Source: Antedon mediterranea (lineage: Eukaryota > Animalia > Echinodermata). From it: 64,000 bases of DNA. Under the pieces are notes generated by a model. The model ran no database searches. It had not been told where the DNA came from and worked only from the letters and a program-made list of their open reading frames with translations. Below are positions 21,380 to 36,000 of the stretch, piece after piece. The position numbers and the translations under genes were made by a program. Every line of letters starts with the position of its first letter. The stretch's first letter is position 1. The stretch covers positions 16,554,001-16,618,000 of the forward strand of contig NC_092672.1 of assembly GCF_964355755.1 (NCBI RefSeq). The letters are read 5' to 3'.

Positions 21380-23650
21380 TCAGCGAGAGAGAGATAGATA
21401 AGCGAGAGAGAGATAGATCAGCAAGAGAGAGAGATAGATCAGCGAGAGAGAAAGAGATAGATCAGCGAGAGGAGAGAGAGAGATAGATCAGCGAGAGAGA
21501 GATAGATCAGCAAGAGAGAGAGATAGATCAGCGAGAGAGAGATAGATCAGCGAGAGAGAGATAGATCACCGAGAGAAAGATAGATCAGCAAGAGAGAGAG
21601 AGATAGATCAGCGAGAGAGAGATAGATCAGCGAGAGAGATAGATCAGCGAGAAAGAGAGAGATAGATCAGCGAGAGAGAGATAGATAGATAGATCACCGA
21701 GAGAGAGATAGGTAGATCAGCGAGAGAGAGAGATAGATAGATCAGCGAGAGAGAGAGAGAGAGAGATAGATCAGCGAGAGAGAGATAGATCAGCGAGAGA
21801 GATAGATCAGCGAGAGAGATAGATCAGCGAGAGAGATAGATCAGCTAGAGAGATAGATAGATTAGCGAGAGAGAGATAGATCAGCGAGAGAGAGATAGAT
21901 CAGCGTGAGAGAGATAGATCAGCGACAGAGAGATAGATCAGCAAGAGAGAGACAGATCAGTGACAGAGAGATAGATCAGCGAAAGAGAGATAGATCAGCA
22001 AGAGAGAGATAGATAAGCGAGAGAGAGATAGATCAACGAGAGAGAGATAGATCAGCGAGAGAGAGAGATAGATCAGGGAGATAGAGATAGATCAGCGAGA
22101 GAGAGATAGATCAGCGAGAGAGAGAGAGAGAGAAAGGTCAACGAGAGAGAGATAGATCAGCGAGAGAGAGATAGATCAGGGAGAGAGAGATAGATCAGCG
22201 AGAGAGAGAGAGATAGATCAGCGAGAGAGATAGATCAGCGAGAGAGAGATAGATCAGCGAGAGAGATAGATCAGCGAGAGAGAGAGATAGATCAGCGAGT
22301 GAGAGAGATAGATCAGCGAGAGAGAGATAGATCAGCGAGAAAGAGAGAGATAGATCAGCGAGAGAGAGATAGATTAGCGAAAGAGAGACAGATCCGCGAG
22401 AGAGAGAGAGAGATAGATCAGCGAGAGAGAGAGAGAGATCAGCAAGAGAGAGATAGATCAGCGAGAGAGATAGATCAGCGAGAGAGAGAGAGATAGATCA
22501 GCGAGAGAGAGATAGATCAGCGAGAGAGATAGATCAGCGAGAGAGAGATAGATAAGCGAGAGAGAGATAGATCAGCAAGAGAGAGAGATAGATCAGCGAG
22601 AGAGAAAGAGATAGATCAGCGAGAGGAGAGAGAGAGATAGATCAGCGAGAGAGAGATAGATCAGCAAGAGAGAGAGATAGATCAGCGAGAGAGAGATAGA
22701 TCAGCGAGAGAGAGATAGATCACCGAGAGAAAGATAGATCAGCAAGAGAGAGAGAGATAGATCAGCGAGAGAGAGATAGATCAGCGAGAGAGATAGATCA
22801 GCGAGAAAGAGAGAGATAGATCAGCGAGAGAGAGATAGATAGATAGATCACCGAGAGAGAGATAGGTAGATCAGCGAGAGAGAGAGATAGATAGATCAGC
22901 GAGAGAGAGAGAGAGAGAGATAGATCAGCGAGAGAGAGATAGATCAGCGAGAGAGATAGATCAGCGAGAGAGATAGATCAGCGAGAGAGATAGATCAGCG
23001 AGAGAGATAGATAGATTAGCGAGAGAGAGATAGATCAGCGAGAGAGAGATAGATCAGCGTGAGAGAGATAGATCAGCGACAGAGAGATAGATCAGCAAGA
23101 GAGAGACAGATCAGTGACAGAGAGATAGATCAGCGAAAGAGAGATAGATCAGCAAGAGAGAGATAGATAAGCGAGAGAGAGATAGATCAACGAGAGAGAG
23201 ATAGATCAGCGAGAGAGAGAGATAGATCAGGGAGATAGAGATAGATCAGCGAGAGAGAGATAGATCAGCGAGAGAGAGAGAGAGAGAAAGGTCAACGAGA
23301 GAGAGATAGATCAGCGAGAGAGAGATAGATCAGGGAGAGAGAGATAGATCAGCGAGAGAGAGAGAGATAGATCAGCGAGAGAGATAGATCAGCGAGAGAG
23401 AGATAGATCAGCGAGAGAGATAGATCAGCGAGAGAGAGAGATAGATCAGCGAGTGAGAGAGATAGATCAGCGAGAGAGAGATAGATCAGCGAGAAAGAGA
23501 GAGATAGATCAGCGAGAGAGAGATAGATTAGCGAAAGAGAGACAGATCCGCGAGAGAGAGAGAGAGATAGATCAGCGAGAGAGAGAGAGAGATCAGCAAG
23601 AGAGAGATAGATCAGCGAGAGAGATAGATCAGCGAGAGAGAGATAGATCA
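21380..23650 (+). repeat. 1154-bp tandem higher-order duplication (boundaries approximate)
   Basis: AAAGGTCAAC has its GGTCA at 22136 and 23290. The two near-identical spurious ORFs start at 22299 and 23453. Both offsets are 1154. Confidence 0.88.
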
Positions 23651-26600
23651 GCGAAAGAGAGAGATAGATCAGTGAGAGAGAGATAGATCAGCGAGAGAGA
23701 GATAGATCAGCGAGAGAGAGATAGATCAGCGAGAGAGAGATAGATCAGCGAGAGAGAAAGATAGATACGCGAGAGAAAGAGAGATAGATCCGCGAGAGAG
23801 AGATATATCAGCGAGAGAGAGATATATCAGCGTGAGAGAGAGATAGATCAGCGAGAGAGAGATAGATCAGCGAGAGAGATAGATCAGCGAGAGAAATATA
23901 GATCAGCGAGAGAGAGATAGATAGATCAGCGAGAGAGATAGTTCAGCGAGAGAGAGAGATAGATAGATCAGCGAGAGAGAGATAGATCAGCGAGAGAGAG
24001 AGAGATAGATCAGCGAGAGAGAGATAGATAGGACCAGCGAGAGAGAGATAGATCAGCGAGAGAGAGATAGATCAGCGAGAGAGAGAGATAGATCCGCGAG
24101 AGAGAGGTAGATCAGCGAGAGAGACAGAGAAAGATAGATCAGCGAGAGAGAGATAAAGAGATCAGCGAGAGAGAGAGGGAGATAGATCTGCGAGAGGGAG
24201 AGAGAGAGAGATAGATAGATCAGCGAGAGAGAGATAGATAGAGAGATATATCAGCGAGAGAGAGATATATCAGCGTGAGAGAGAAATAGATCAGCGAGAG
24301 AGAGAGATAGATCAGCGAGAGAGATAGATCAGCGAGAGAGAGATAGATAGATCAGAGAGAGAGATAGATCAGCGAGAGAGAGATAGATAGATCAGCGAGA
24401 GAGAGATAGATCAGCGAGAGAGAGAGAGAGAGATAGATCAGCGAGACAGAGAGATAGATCAGCGAGAGAGAGATAGATCAGCGAGAGAGAGATAGATCAG
24501 CGAGAGAGAGATAGATCAGCGATAGAGAGATAGATCAGCGAGAGAGAGATAGATCACCGAGAGAGAGATAGATCAGCGAGAGAGAGATAGATCAGCGAGA
24601 GAGAGATAGATCAGCGAGAGAGAGATAGATCAGCGAGAAAGAGATAGATCAGCGAGAGAGAGATAGATCAGCGAGAGAGAGATAGATCAGCCGAGAGAGA
24701 TAGATAGATCAGCGAGAGAGAGAGAGAGATAGATCAGCGAGAGAGAGATAGATCAGCGAGAGAGAGATAGATCAGCAAGAGAGAGATAGATCAGCGAGAG
24801 AGAGATAGATCAGCGAGAGAGAGAGATAGATCAGCGAGAGAGAGATTGATCAGCGAGACAGAGATAGATCAGCAAGAGAGAGAGAGATAGATCAGCGAGA
24901 GAGAGATAGATCAGCGAGAGAGATAGATCAGCGAGAAAGAGAGAGATAGATCAGCGAGAGAGAGATAGATAGATAGATCAGCGAGAGAGAGAGATAGGTA
25001 GATCAGCGAGAGAGAGAGATAGATAGATCAGCGAGAGAGAGAGAGAGATAGATCAGCGAGAGAGAGATAGATCAGCGAGAGAGATAGATCAGCGAGAGAG
25101 ATAGATCAGCGAGAGAGATAGATCAGCGAGAGAGATAGATAGATTAGCGAGAGAGAGATAGATCAGCGAGAGAGAGATAGATCAGCGTGAGAGAGATAGA
25201 TCAGCGACAGAGAGATAGATCAGCAAGAGAGAGATAGATCAGTGACAGAGAGATAGATCAGCGAAAGAGAGATAGATCAGCGAGAGAGAGATAGATAAGC
25301 GAGAGAGAGATAGATCAACGAGAGAGAGATAGATCAGCGAGAGAGAGAGATAGATCAGGGAGATAGAGATAGATCAGCGAGAGAGAGATAGATCAGCGAG
25401 AGAGAGAGAGAGAAAGATCAACGAGAGAGAGATAGATCAGCGAGAGAGAGAGATAGATCAGGGAGAGAGAGATAGATCAGCGAGAAAGAGAGATAGATCA
25501 GCGAGAGAGATAGATCAGCGAGAGAGAGATAGATCAGCGAGAGAGATAGATCAGCGAGAGAGAGAGATAGATCAGCGAGTGAGAGAGATAGATCAGAGAG
25601 AGAGAGAGATAGATCAGCGAGAGAGAGAGAGATAGATCAGCGAAAGAGAGACAGATCCGCGAGAGAGAGAGAGATAGATCAGCGAGAGAGAGAGAGAGAT
25701 CAGCAAGAGAGAGATAGATCAGCGAGAGAGATAGATCAGCGAGAGAGAGATAGATCAGCGAAAGAGAGAGATAGATCAGTGAGAGAGAGATAGATCAGCG
25801 AGAGAGAGATAGATCAGCGAGAGAGAGATAGATCAGCGAGAGAGAGATAGATCAGCGAGAGAGAAAGATAGATACGCGAGAGAAAGAGAGATAGATCCGC
25901 GAGAGAGAGATATATCAGCGAGAGAGAGATATATCAGCGTGAGAGAAAGATAGATCAGCGAGAGAGAGATAGATCAGCGAGAGAGATAGATCAGCGAGAG
26001 AAATATAGATCAGCGAGAGAGAGATAGATAGATCAGCGAGAGAGATAGATCAGCGAGAGAGAGAGATAGATAGATCAGCGAGAGAGAGATAGATCAGCGA
26101 GAGAGAGAGAGAAAGATCAGCGAGAGAGAGATAGATAGACCAGCGAGAGAGAGATAGATCAGCGAGAGAGAGATAGATCAGCGAGAGAGAGAGATAGATC
26201 CGCGAGAGAGAGGTAGATCAGCGAGAGAGAGAGAGAGAGATAGATCAGCGAGAGAGAGATAAAGAGATCAGCGAGAGAGAGAGGGAGATAGATCAGCGAG
26301 AGGGAGAGAGAGAGATAGATAGATCAGCGAGAGAGAGATAGATAGAGAGATATATCAGCGAGAGAGAGATATATCAGCGTGAGAGAGAAATAGATCAGCG
26401 AGAGAGAGAGAGATAGATCAGCGAGAGAGATAGATCAGCGAGAGAGAGATAGATAGATCAGAGAGAGAGATAGATCAGCGAGAGAGAGATAGATAGATCA
26501 GCGAGAGAGAGATAGATCAGCGAGAGAGAGAGAGAGAGATAGATCAGCGAGACAGAGAGATAGATCAGCGAGAGAGAGATAGATCAGCGAGAGAGAGATA

Positions 26601-28059
26601 GATCAGCGATAGAGAGAGATAGATCAGCAAGAGAGAGATAGATCAGCGAGAGAGATAGATCAGCGAGAGAGAGATAGATCAGCGAGAGAAATATAGATCA
26701 GCGTGAGAGAGAGATATATCAGCGAGAGAGATAGATCAGCGAGAGAGAGATAGATCAGCGAGAGAAATATAGATCAGCGAGAGAGAGATAGATCAGCGAG
26801 AGAGAGATAGATCAGCGAGAGAGAGATAAATCAGTTAGAGAGAGATAGATCAGCGAGAGAGAGATAGATCAGCGAGAGAGAGATAGATCTGCGAGAGAGA
26901 GAGATAGATCAGCGAGATAGATAGATCAGCGAGAGAGAGATAGATCAGCGTGAGAGAGATAGATCAGCGTGAGAGAGAGAGATAGATCAGCAAGAGAGAG
27001 AGATTGATCAGCGAGAGAGAGATAGATCAGCGAGAGAGAGATAGATCAGCGAGAGAGAGATAGATCAGCGAGATAGAGATAGATCAGCGAGAGGAGAGAT
27101 AGATCAGCAAGAGAGAGATAGATCAGCGAGAGAGATAGAGATAGATAGATCAGCGACAGAGAGATAGATAGATCAGCGACAGAGAGATAGATAGATCAGC
27201 GAGAGAGAGATAGATAGATCAGCGAAAGAGAGATAGATAGATCAGCGAGAGAGATAGATAGATCAGCGAGAGAGAGAGATAGATAGATCAGCGAGAGAGA
27301 GATAGATAGATCAGTGAGAGAGAGAGATAGATAGATCAGCGAGAGAGAGATAGATAGATCAGAGAGAGAGATAGATAGATCAGCGAGAGAGAGATAGATA
27401 GATCAGCGAGAGAGAGATAGATAGATCAGCGAGAAGGAGAGAGATAGATCAGCGAGAGAGAGAGATAGATCAGCGAGATAGATAGATCAGCGAGAGAGAG
27501 ATAGATCAGCGTGAGAGAGATAGATCAGCGTGAGAGAGAGAGATAGATCAGCAAGAGAGAGAGATTGATCAGCGAGAGAGAGATAGATCAGCGAGAGAGA
27601 GATAGATCAGCGAGAGAGAAATAGATCAGCGAGATAGAGATAGATCAGCGAGAGGAGAGATAGATCAGCAAGAGAGAGATAGATCAGCGAGAGAGATAGA
27701 GATAGATAGATCAGCGACAGAGAGATAGATAGATCAGCGACAGAGAGATAGATAGATCAGCGAGAGAGAGATAGATAGATCAGCGAAAGAGAGATAGATA
27801 GATCAGCGAGAGAGATAGATAGATCAGCGAGAGAGAGAGATAGATAGATCAGCGAGAGAGAGATAGATAGATCAGTGAGAGAGAGAGATAGATAGATCAG
27901 CGAGAGAGAGATAGATAGATCAGAGAGAGAGATAGATAGATCAGCGAGAGAGAGATAGATAGATCAGCGAGAGAGAGATAGATAGATCAGCGAGAAGGAG
28001 AGAGATAGATCAGCGAGAGAGAGAGAGAGATAGATCAGCGAGAGAGAGATAGATAGATC

Positions 28060-28090
<31 letters not shown>

Positions 28091-30099
28091 TAGATCAGCC
28101 AGAGAGAGATATAGATAGATCAGCGAGAGAGAGAGAGAGATAGATCAGCGAGAGAGAGATAGATAGATAGATCAGCGAGAGAGAGATAGGTAGATCAGCG
28201 AGAGAGAGAGAGATAGATAGATCAGCGAGAGAGAGAGAGATAGATCAGCGAGAGAGAGATAGATCAGCGAGAGAGAGAGATAGATCAGCGAGAGAGAGAG
28301 ATAGATCAGCGAGAGAGAGATAGATCAGTGACAGAGAGATAGATCAGCGAGAGAGAGATAGATCAGCGAGAGAGAGAGATAGATCAGCGAGAGAGAGAGA
28401 GATAGATCAGCGAGAGAGAGATAGATCAGTGACAGAGAGATAGATCAGCGAAAGAGAGATAGATCAGCGAGAGAGATAGATCAGCGGGAGAGAGAGATAG
28501 ATCAACGAGAGAGAGATAGATCAGCGAGAGAGAGAGAGATAGATCAGGGAGAGAGAGATAGATCAGCGAGAGAGAGATAGATCAGCGAGAGATTGAGAGA
28601 GATAGATCAACTAGAGAGAGATAGATCAGCGAGAGAGAGAGATAGATCAGGGAGAGAGAGATAGATCAGCGAGAAAGAGATAGATCAGCGAGAGAGAGAT
28701 AGATCAGCGAAAGAGAGATAGATCAGCGAGAGAGATAGATCAGCGAGAGAGAGATATATCAGCGAGAGAGAGATAGATCAGTGAGAGAGAGAGAGATCAG
28801 CAAGAGAGATATAGATCAGCGAGAGAGATAGATCAGCGAGAGAGAGATAGATCAGCGAGAGAGAGATAGATCAGTGAGAGAGAGATAGATCAGCGAGAGA
28901 GAGATAGATCAGCGAGAGAGAGATAAATCAGCGAGAGAGAGATAGGTCAGCTAGAGAGAGATAGATCAGCGAGAGAGAGATAGATCGGCGAGAGAGAGAT
29001 AGATCAGCGAGAGAGAGATATATCAGCGAGAGAGAGAGATAGATCAGCGTGAGAGAGAGATAGATCAGCGAGAGAGAGAGAGAGAGATAGATCAGCGAGA
29101 GAGATAGATCAACGAGAGAAATATAGATCAGTGAGAGAGAGATAGATAGATCAGCGAGAGAGAGAGAGATAGATCAGCGAGAGGAGAGAGAGAGATAGAT
29201 CAGCGAGAGAGAGATAGATAAGCGAGAGAGAGATAGATCAGCAAGAGAGAGAGATAGATCAGCGAGAGAGAAAGAGATAGATCAGCGAGAGGAGAGAGAG
29301 AGATAGATCAGCGAGAGAGAGATAGATCAGCAAGAGAGAGAGATAGATCAGCGAGAGAGAGATAGATCAGCGAGAGAGAGATAGATCACCGAGAGAAAGA
29401 TAGATCAGCAAGAGAGAGAGAGATAGATCAGCGAGAGAGATAGATCAGCGAGAAAGAGAGAGATAGATCAGCGAGAGAGAGATAGATAGATAGATCAGCG
29501 AGAGAGAGATAGGTAGATCAGCGAGAGAGAGAGATAGATAGATCAGCGAGAGAGAGAGAGAGAGATAGATCAGCGAGAGAGAGATAGATCAGCGAGAGAG
29601 ATAGATCAGCGAGAGAGATAGATCAGCGAGAGAGATAGATCAGCGAGAGAGATAGATAGATTAGCGAGAGAGAGATAGATCAGCGAGAGAGAGATAGATC
29701 AGCGTGAGAGAGATAGATCAGCGACAGAGAGATAGATCAGCAAGAGAGAGATAGATCAGTGACAGAGAGATAGATCAGCGAAAGAGAGATAGATCAGCGA
29801 GAGAGAGATAGATAAGCGAGAGAGAGATAGATCAACGAGAGAGAGATAGATCAGCGAGAGAGAGAGATAGATCAGGGAGATAGAGATAGATCAGCGAGAG
29901 AGAGATAGATCAGCGAGAGAGAGAGAGAGAAAGATCAACGAGAGAGAGATAGATCAGCGAGAGAGAGAGATAGATCAGGGAGAGAGAGATAGATCAGCGA
30001 GAGAGAGAGATAGATCAGCGAGAGAGATAGATCAGCGAGAGAGAGATAGATCAGCGAGAGAGATAGATCAGCGAGAGAGAGAGAGATAGATCAGCGAGT

Positions 30100-33000
30100 G
30101 AGAGAGATAGATCAGCGAGAGAGAGATAGATCAGCGAGAGAGAAAGATAGATCAGCGAGAAAGAGATAGATCAGCGAAAGAGAGACAGATCCGTGAGAGA
30201 GAGAGAGAGAGATAGATCAGCGAGAGAGAGAGAGATCAGCAAGAGAGAGATAGATCAGCGAGAGAGATAGATCAGCGAGAGAGAGATAGATCAGCGAAAG
30301 AGAGAGATAGATCAGTGAGAGAGAGATAGATCAGCGAGAGAGAGATAGATCAGCGAGAGAGAGATAGATCAGCGAGAGAGAAAGATAGATACGCGAGAGA
30401 AAGAGAGATAGATCCGCGAGAGAGAGATATATCAGCGAGAGAGAGATATATCAGCGTGAGAGAGAGATAGATCAGCGAGAGAGAGATAGATCAGCGAGAG
30501 AGATAGATCAGCGAGAGAAATATAGATCAGCGAGAGAGAGATAGATAGATCAGCGAGAGAGATAGATCAGCGAGAGAGAGAGATAGATAGATCAGCGAGA
30601 GAGAGATAGATCAGCGAGAGAGAGAGAGATAGATCAGCGAGAGAGAGATAGATAGACCAGCGAGAGAGAGATAGATCAGCGAGAGAGAGATAGATCAGCG
30701 AGAGAGAGAGATAGATCCGCGAGAGAGAGGTAGATCAGCGAGAGAGAGAGAGAGAGATAGATCAGCGAGAGAGAGATAAAGAGATCAGCGAGAGAGAGAG
30801 GGAGATAGATCAGCGAGAGGGAGAGAGAGAGAGATAGATAGATCAGCGAGAGAGAGATAGATAGAGAGATATATCAGCGAGAGAGAGATATATCAGCGTG
30901 AGAGAGAAATAGATCAGCGAGAGAGAGAGTTAGATCAGCGAGAGAGATAGATCAGCGAGAGAGAGATAGATAGATCAGAGAGAGAGATAGATCAGCGAGA
31001 GAGAGATAGATAGATCAGCGAGAGAGAGATAGATCAACGAGAGAGAGAGAGAGATAGATCAGCGAGACAGAGAGATAGATCAGCGAGAGAGAGATAGATC
31101 AGCGAGAGAGAGATAGATCAGCGATAGAGAGATAGATCAGCGAGAGAGAGATAGATCACCGAGAGAGAGATAGATCAGCGAGAGAGAGATAGATCAGCGA
31201 GAGAGATAGATCAGCGAGAGAGAGATAGATCAGCGAGAAAGAGATAGATCAGCGAGAGAGAGATAGATCAGCGAGAGAGAGATAGATCAGCCAGAGAGAG
31301 ATAGATAGATCAGCGAGAGAGAGAGAGAGAGAGATAGATCAGCGAGAGAGAGATAGATCAGCGAGAGAGAGATAGATCAGCAAGAGAGAGATAGATCAGC
31401 GAGAGAGAGATAGATCAGCGAGAGAGAGAGATAGATCAGCGAGAGAGAGATTGATCAGCGAGACAGAGATAGATCAGCGAGAGAGATAGATATGCGAGAG
31501 AAATATAGATCAGCGAGAGAGAGATAGATAGATCAGCGAGAGAGATAGATCAGCGAGAGAGAGAGATAGATAGATCAGCGAGAGAGAGATAGATCAGCGA
31601 GAGAGAGAGAGATAGATCAGCGAGAGAGAGATAGATAGACCAGCGAGAGAGAGATAGATCAGCGAGAGAGAGATAGATCAGCGAGAGAGAGAGATAGATC
31701 CGCGAGAGAGAGGTAGATCAGCGAGAGAGAGAGAGAGAGATAGATCAGCGAGAGAGAGATAAAGAGATCAGCGAGAGAGAGAGGGAGATAGATCAGCGAG
31801 AGGTTGAGAGAGAGAAATAGATAGATCAGCGAGAGAGAGATAGATAGAGAGATATATCAGCGAGAGAGAGATATATCAGCGTGAGAGAGAAATAGATCAG
31901 CGAGAGAGAGAGATAGATCAGCGAGAGAGATAGATCAGCGAGAGAGAGATAGATAGATCAGAGAGAGAGATAGATCAGCGAGAGAGAGATAGATAGATCA
32001 GCGAGAGAGAGATAGATCAACGAGAGAGAGAGAGAGAGATAGATCAGCGAGACAGAGAGATAGATCAGCGAGAGAGAGATAGATCAGCGAGAGAGAGATA
32101 GATCAGCGATAGAGAGATAGATCAGCGAGAGAGAGATAGATCACCGAGAGAGAGATAGATCAGCGAAAGAGAGATAGATCAGCGAGAGAGATAGATCAGC
32201 GAGAGAGAGATAGATCAGCGAGAAAGAGATAGATCAGCGAGAGAGAGATAGATCAGCGAGAGAGAGATAGATCAGCCAGAGAGAGATAGATAGATCAGCG
32301 AGAGAGAGAGAGAGAGAGATAGATCAGTGAGAGAGAGATAGATCAGCGAGAGAGAGATAGATCAGCAAGAGAGAGATAGATCAGCGAGAGAGAGATAGAT
32401 CAGCGAGAGAGAGAGATAGATCAGCGAGAGAGAGATTGATCAGCGAGACAGAGATAGATCAGCGAGAGAGAGATTGATCAGCGAGAGAGAGATAGATCAG
32501 CGAGAGAGAGATAGATCAGCGAGAGAGAGACAGATCAGCGGGGGAGAGATAGATCAGCGATAGAGAGATAGATCAGCGAGAGAGAGATAGATCAGCGAGA
32601 GGAGAGATAGATCAGCGAGAGTGAGTTAGATCAGCGAGAGAGATAGAGATAGATAGATCAGCGAGAGAGAGATAGAGAGATCAGCGAGAGAGAGATAGAT
32701 AGATCAGCGAGAGAGAGATAGATAGATCAGCGAGAGAGATAGATAGATCAGCGAGAGAGAGAGAGATAGATAGATCAGCGAGAGATAGATAGATCAGCGT
32801 GAGAGAGATAGATCAGCAACAGAGAGATAGATCAGCGAGAGAGATAGATCAGTGAAAGAGAGATAGATCAGCGAAAGAGAGATAGATCAGCGAGAGAGAG
32901 ATAGATCAGCGAGAGAGATAGATCAGGGAGAAAGAGATAGATCAGCGAGAGAGAGATAGATCAGCGAGAGAGATATATCAGCGAGAGAGAGATAGATCAG

Positions 33001-36000
33001 CGAAAGAGAGATATATCAGCGGGAAAGAGATAGATCAGCGAGAGAGAGAGATAGATCAGCGAGAGAGATAGATCAGCGGCAAAGAGATAAATCAGCGAGA
33101 TAGAGATATATCAGGAAGAGAGAGATAGATCAGCGAGAGAGATAGATCAGCGAGAGAGATAGATCAGCGAGAGAGAGATAGATCAGCGAGAGAGAGATAG
33201 ATCAGCGAGAGAGAGATAGATCAGCGAGAGATTGAGATAGATAGATCAACGAGAGAGAAATAGATCAGCGAGAGAGAGAGATAGATCAGGGAGAGAGAGA
33301 TAGATCAGCGAGAAAGAGATAGATCAGCGAGAGAGAGAGATAGATCAGCGAGAGAGAGATAGATCAGCGAGAGAGATAGATCAGCGAGAGAGAGATATAT
33401 CAGCGAGAGAGAGATAGATCAGTGAGAGAGAGAGAGATCAGCAAGAGAGATATAGATCAGCGAGAGAGATAGATGAGCGAGAGAGAGATAGATCAGCGAG
33501 AGAGAGATAGATCAGTGAGAGAGAGATAGATCAGCGAGAGAGAGATAGATCAGCGAGAGAGAGATAGATCAGCGAGAGAGAGATAGGTCAGCTAGAGAGA
33601 GACAGATCAGCGAGAGAGAGATAGATCCGCGAGAGAGAGATAGATCAGCGAGAGAGAGATATATCAGCGAGAGAGAGATAGATCAGCGTGAGAGAGAGAT
33701 AGATCAGCGAGAGAGAGAGAGAGAGAGATAGATCAGCGAGAGAGATAGATCAACGAGAGAAATATAGATCAGTGAGAGAGAGATAGATAGATCAGCGAGA
33801 GAGAGAGAGATAGATCAGCGAGAGGAGAGAGAGAGATAGATCAGCGAGAGAGAGATAGATCAGCGAGAGAGAGATAGATCAGCAAGAGAGAGAGAGATAG
33901 ATCAGCGAGAGAGAGAGAGTTAGATCAGCGAGAGGAGAGAGAGAGATAGATCAGCGAGAGAGAGATAGATCAGCGAGAGAGAGATAGATCTGCGAGAGAG
34001 AGATAGATCAGCGAGAGAGAGATAGATCACCGAGAGAAAGATAGATCAGCAAGAGAGAGAGAGATAGATCAGCGAGAGAGAGATAGATCAGCGAGAGAGA
34101 TAGATCAGCGAGAAAGAGAGAGATAGATCAGCGAGAGAGAGAGAGAGAGATAGATCAGCGAGAGAGAGATAGATCAGCGAGAGAGATAGATCAGCGAGAG
34201 AGATAGATCAGCGAGAGAGATAGATCAGCGAGAGAGATAGATAGATTAGCGAGAGAGAGATAGATCAGCGAGAGAGAGATAGATCAGCGTGAGAGAGATA
34301 GATCAGCGACAGAGAGATAGATCAGCAAGAGAGAGATAGATCAGTGAAAGAGAGATAGATCAGCGAAAGAGAAATAGATCAGCGAGAGAGAGATAGATAA
34401 GCGAGAGAGAAATAGATCAACGAGAGAGAGATAGATCAGCGAGAGAGAGAGATAGATCAGGGAGATAGAGATAGATCAGCGAGAGAGAGATAGATCAGCG
34501 AGAGAGAGAGAGAGAAAGATCAACGAGAGAGAGATAGATCAGCGAGAGAGAGAGATAGATCAGGGAGAGAGAGATAGATCAGCGAGAGAGAGAGATAGAT
34601 CAGCGAGAGAGATAGATCAGCGAGAGAGATAGATCAGCGAGAGAGAGAGATAGATCAGCGAGTGAGAGAGATAGATCAGCGAGAGAGAGATAGATCAGCG
34701 AGAGAGAGAGAGATAGATCAGCGAGAGAGAGATAGATCAGCGAAAGAGAGACAGATCCGCGAGAGAGAGAGAGAGAGATAGATCAGCGAGAGAGAGAGAG
34801 AGATCAGCAAGAGAGAGATAGATCAGCGAGAGAGATAGATCAGCGAGAGAGAGATAGATCAGCGAAAGAGAGAGATAGATCAGTGAGAGAGAGATAGATC
34901 AGCGAGAGAGAGATAGATCAGCGAGAGAGAGATAGATCAGCGAGAGAGAGAGAGATAGATCAGCGAGTGAGAGAGATAGATCAGCGAGAGAGAGATAGAT
35001 CAGCGAGAGAGAGAGATAGATCAGCGAGAAAGAGATAGATCAGCGAAAGAGAGACAGATCCGAGAGAGAGAGAGAGAGAGATAGATCAGCGAGAGAGAGA
35101 GAGATCAGCAAGAGAGAGATAGATCAGCGAGAGAGATAGATCAGCGAGAGAGAGATAGATCAGCGAAAGAGAGAGATAGATCAGTGAGAGAGAGATAGAT
35201 CAGCGAGAGAGAGATAGATCAGCGAGAGAGAGATAGATCAGCGAGAGAGAGATAGATCAGCGAGAGAGAAAGATAGATACGCGAGAGAAAGAGAGATAGA
35301 TCCGCGAGAGAGAGATATATCAGCGAGAGAGAGATATATCAGCGTGAGAGAGAGATAGATCAGCGAGAGAGAGATAGATCAGCGAGAGAGATAGATCAGC
35401 GAGAGAAATATAGATCAGCGAGAGAGAGATAGATAGATCAGCGAGAGAGATAGATCAGCGAGAGAGAGAGATAGATAGATCAGCGAGAGAGAGATAGATC
35501 AGCGAGAGAGAGAGAGATAGATCAGCGAGAGAGAGATAGATAGACCAGCGAGAGAGAGATAGATAGATGAGCGAGAGAGAGAGATAGATCTGCGAGAGAG
35601 AGATAGATAGATGAGCGAGAGAGAGATAGATGAGCGAGAGAGAGATAGATAGATCAGCCAGAGATAGATAGATGAGCGAGAGAGAGATAGATGAGCGAGA
35701 GAGAGATAGATAGATCAGCGTGAGATAGATAGATCAGCGAGAGAGAGATAGATAGATCAGCGAGAGAGAGATAGATAGATCAGCGAGAGAGAGATAGATC
35801 AGCGAGAGAGAGAGATAGATCCGCGAGAGAGAGGTAGATCAGCGAGAGAGAGAGAGAGAGATAGATCAGCGAGAGAGAGATAAAGAGATCAGCGAGAGAG
35901 AGAGGGAGATAGATCAGCGAGAGGGAGAGAGAGAGAGATAGATAGATCAGCGAGAGAGAGATAGATAGAGAGATATATCAGCGAGAGAGAGATATATCAG

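Noticed and set aside
22299-22496. ORF encoding an Arg/Glu-rich repeat peptide (REIDQRERDRSA...)
   Set aside because: It is a chance translation of the satellite, with a GTG start created by a point variant. The TAG in GATAGA closes one frame in three.
23453-23686. Second Arg/Glu-rich ORF
   Set aside because: It is a copy of the previous spurious ORF in the 1154-bp duplication.
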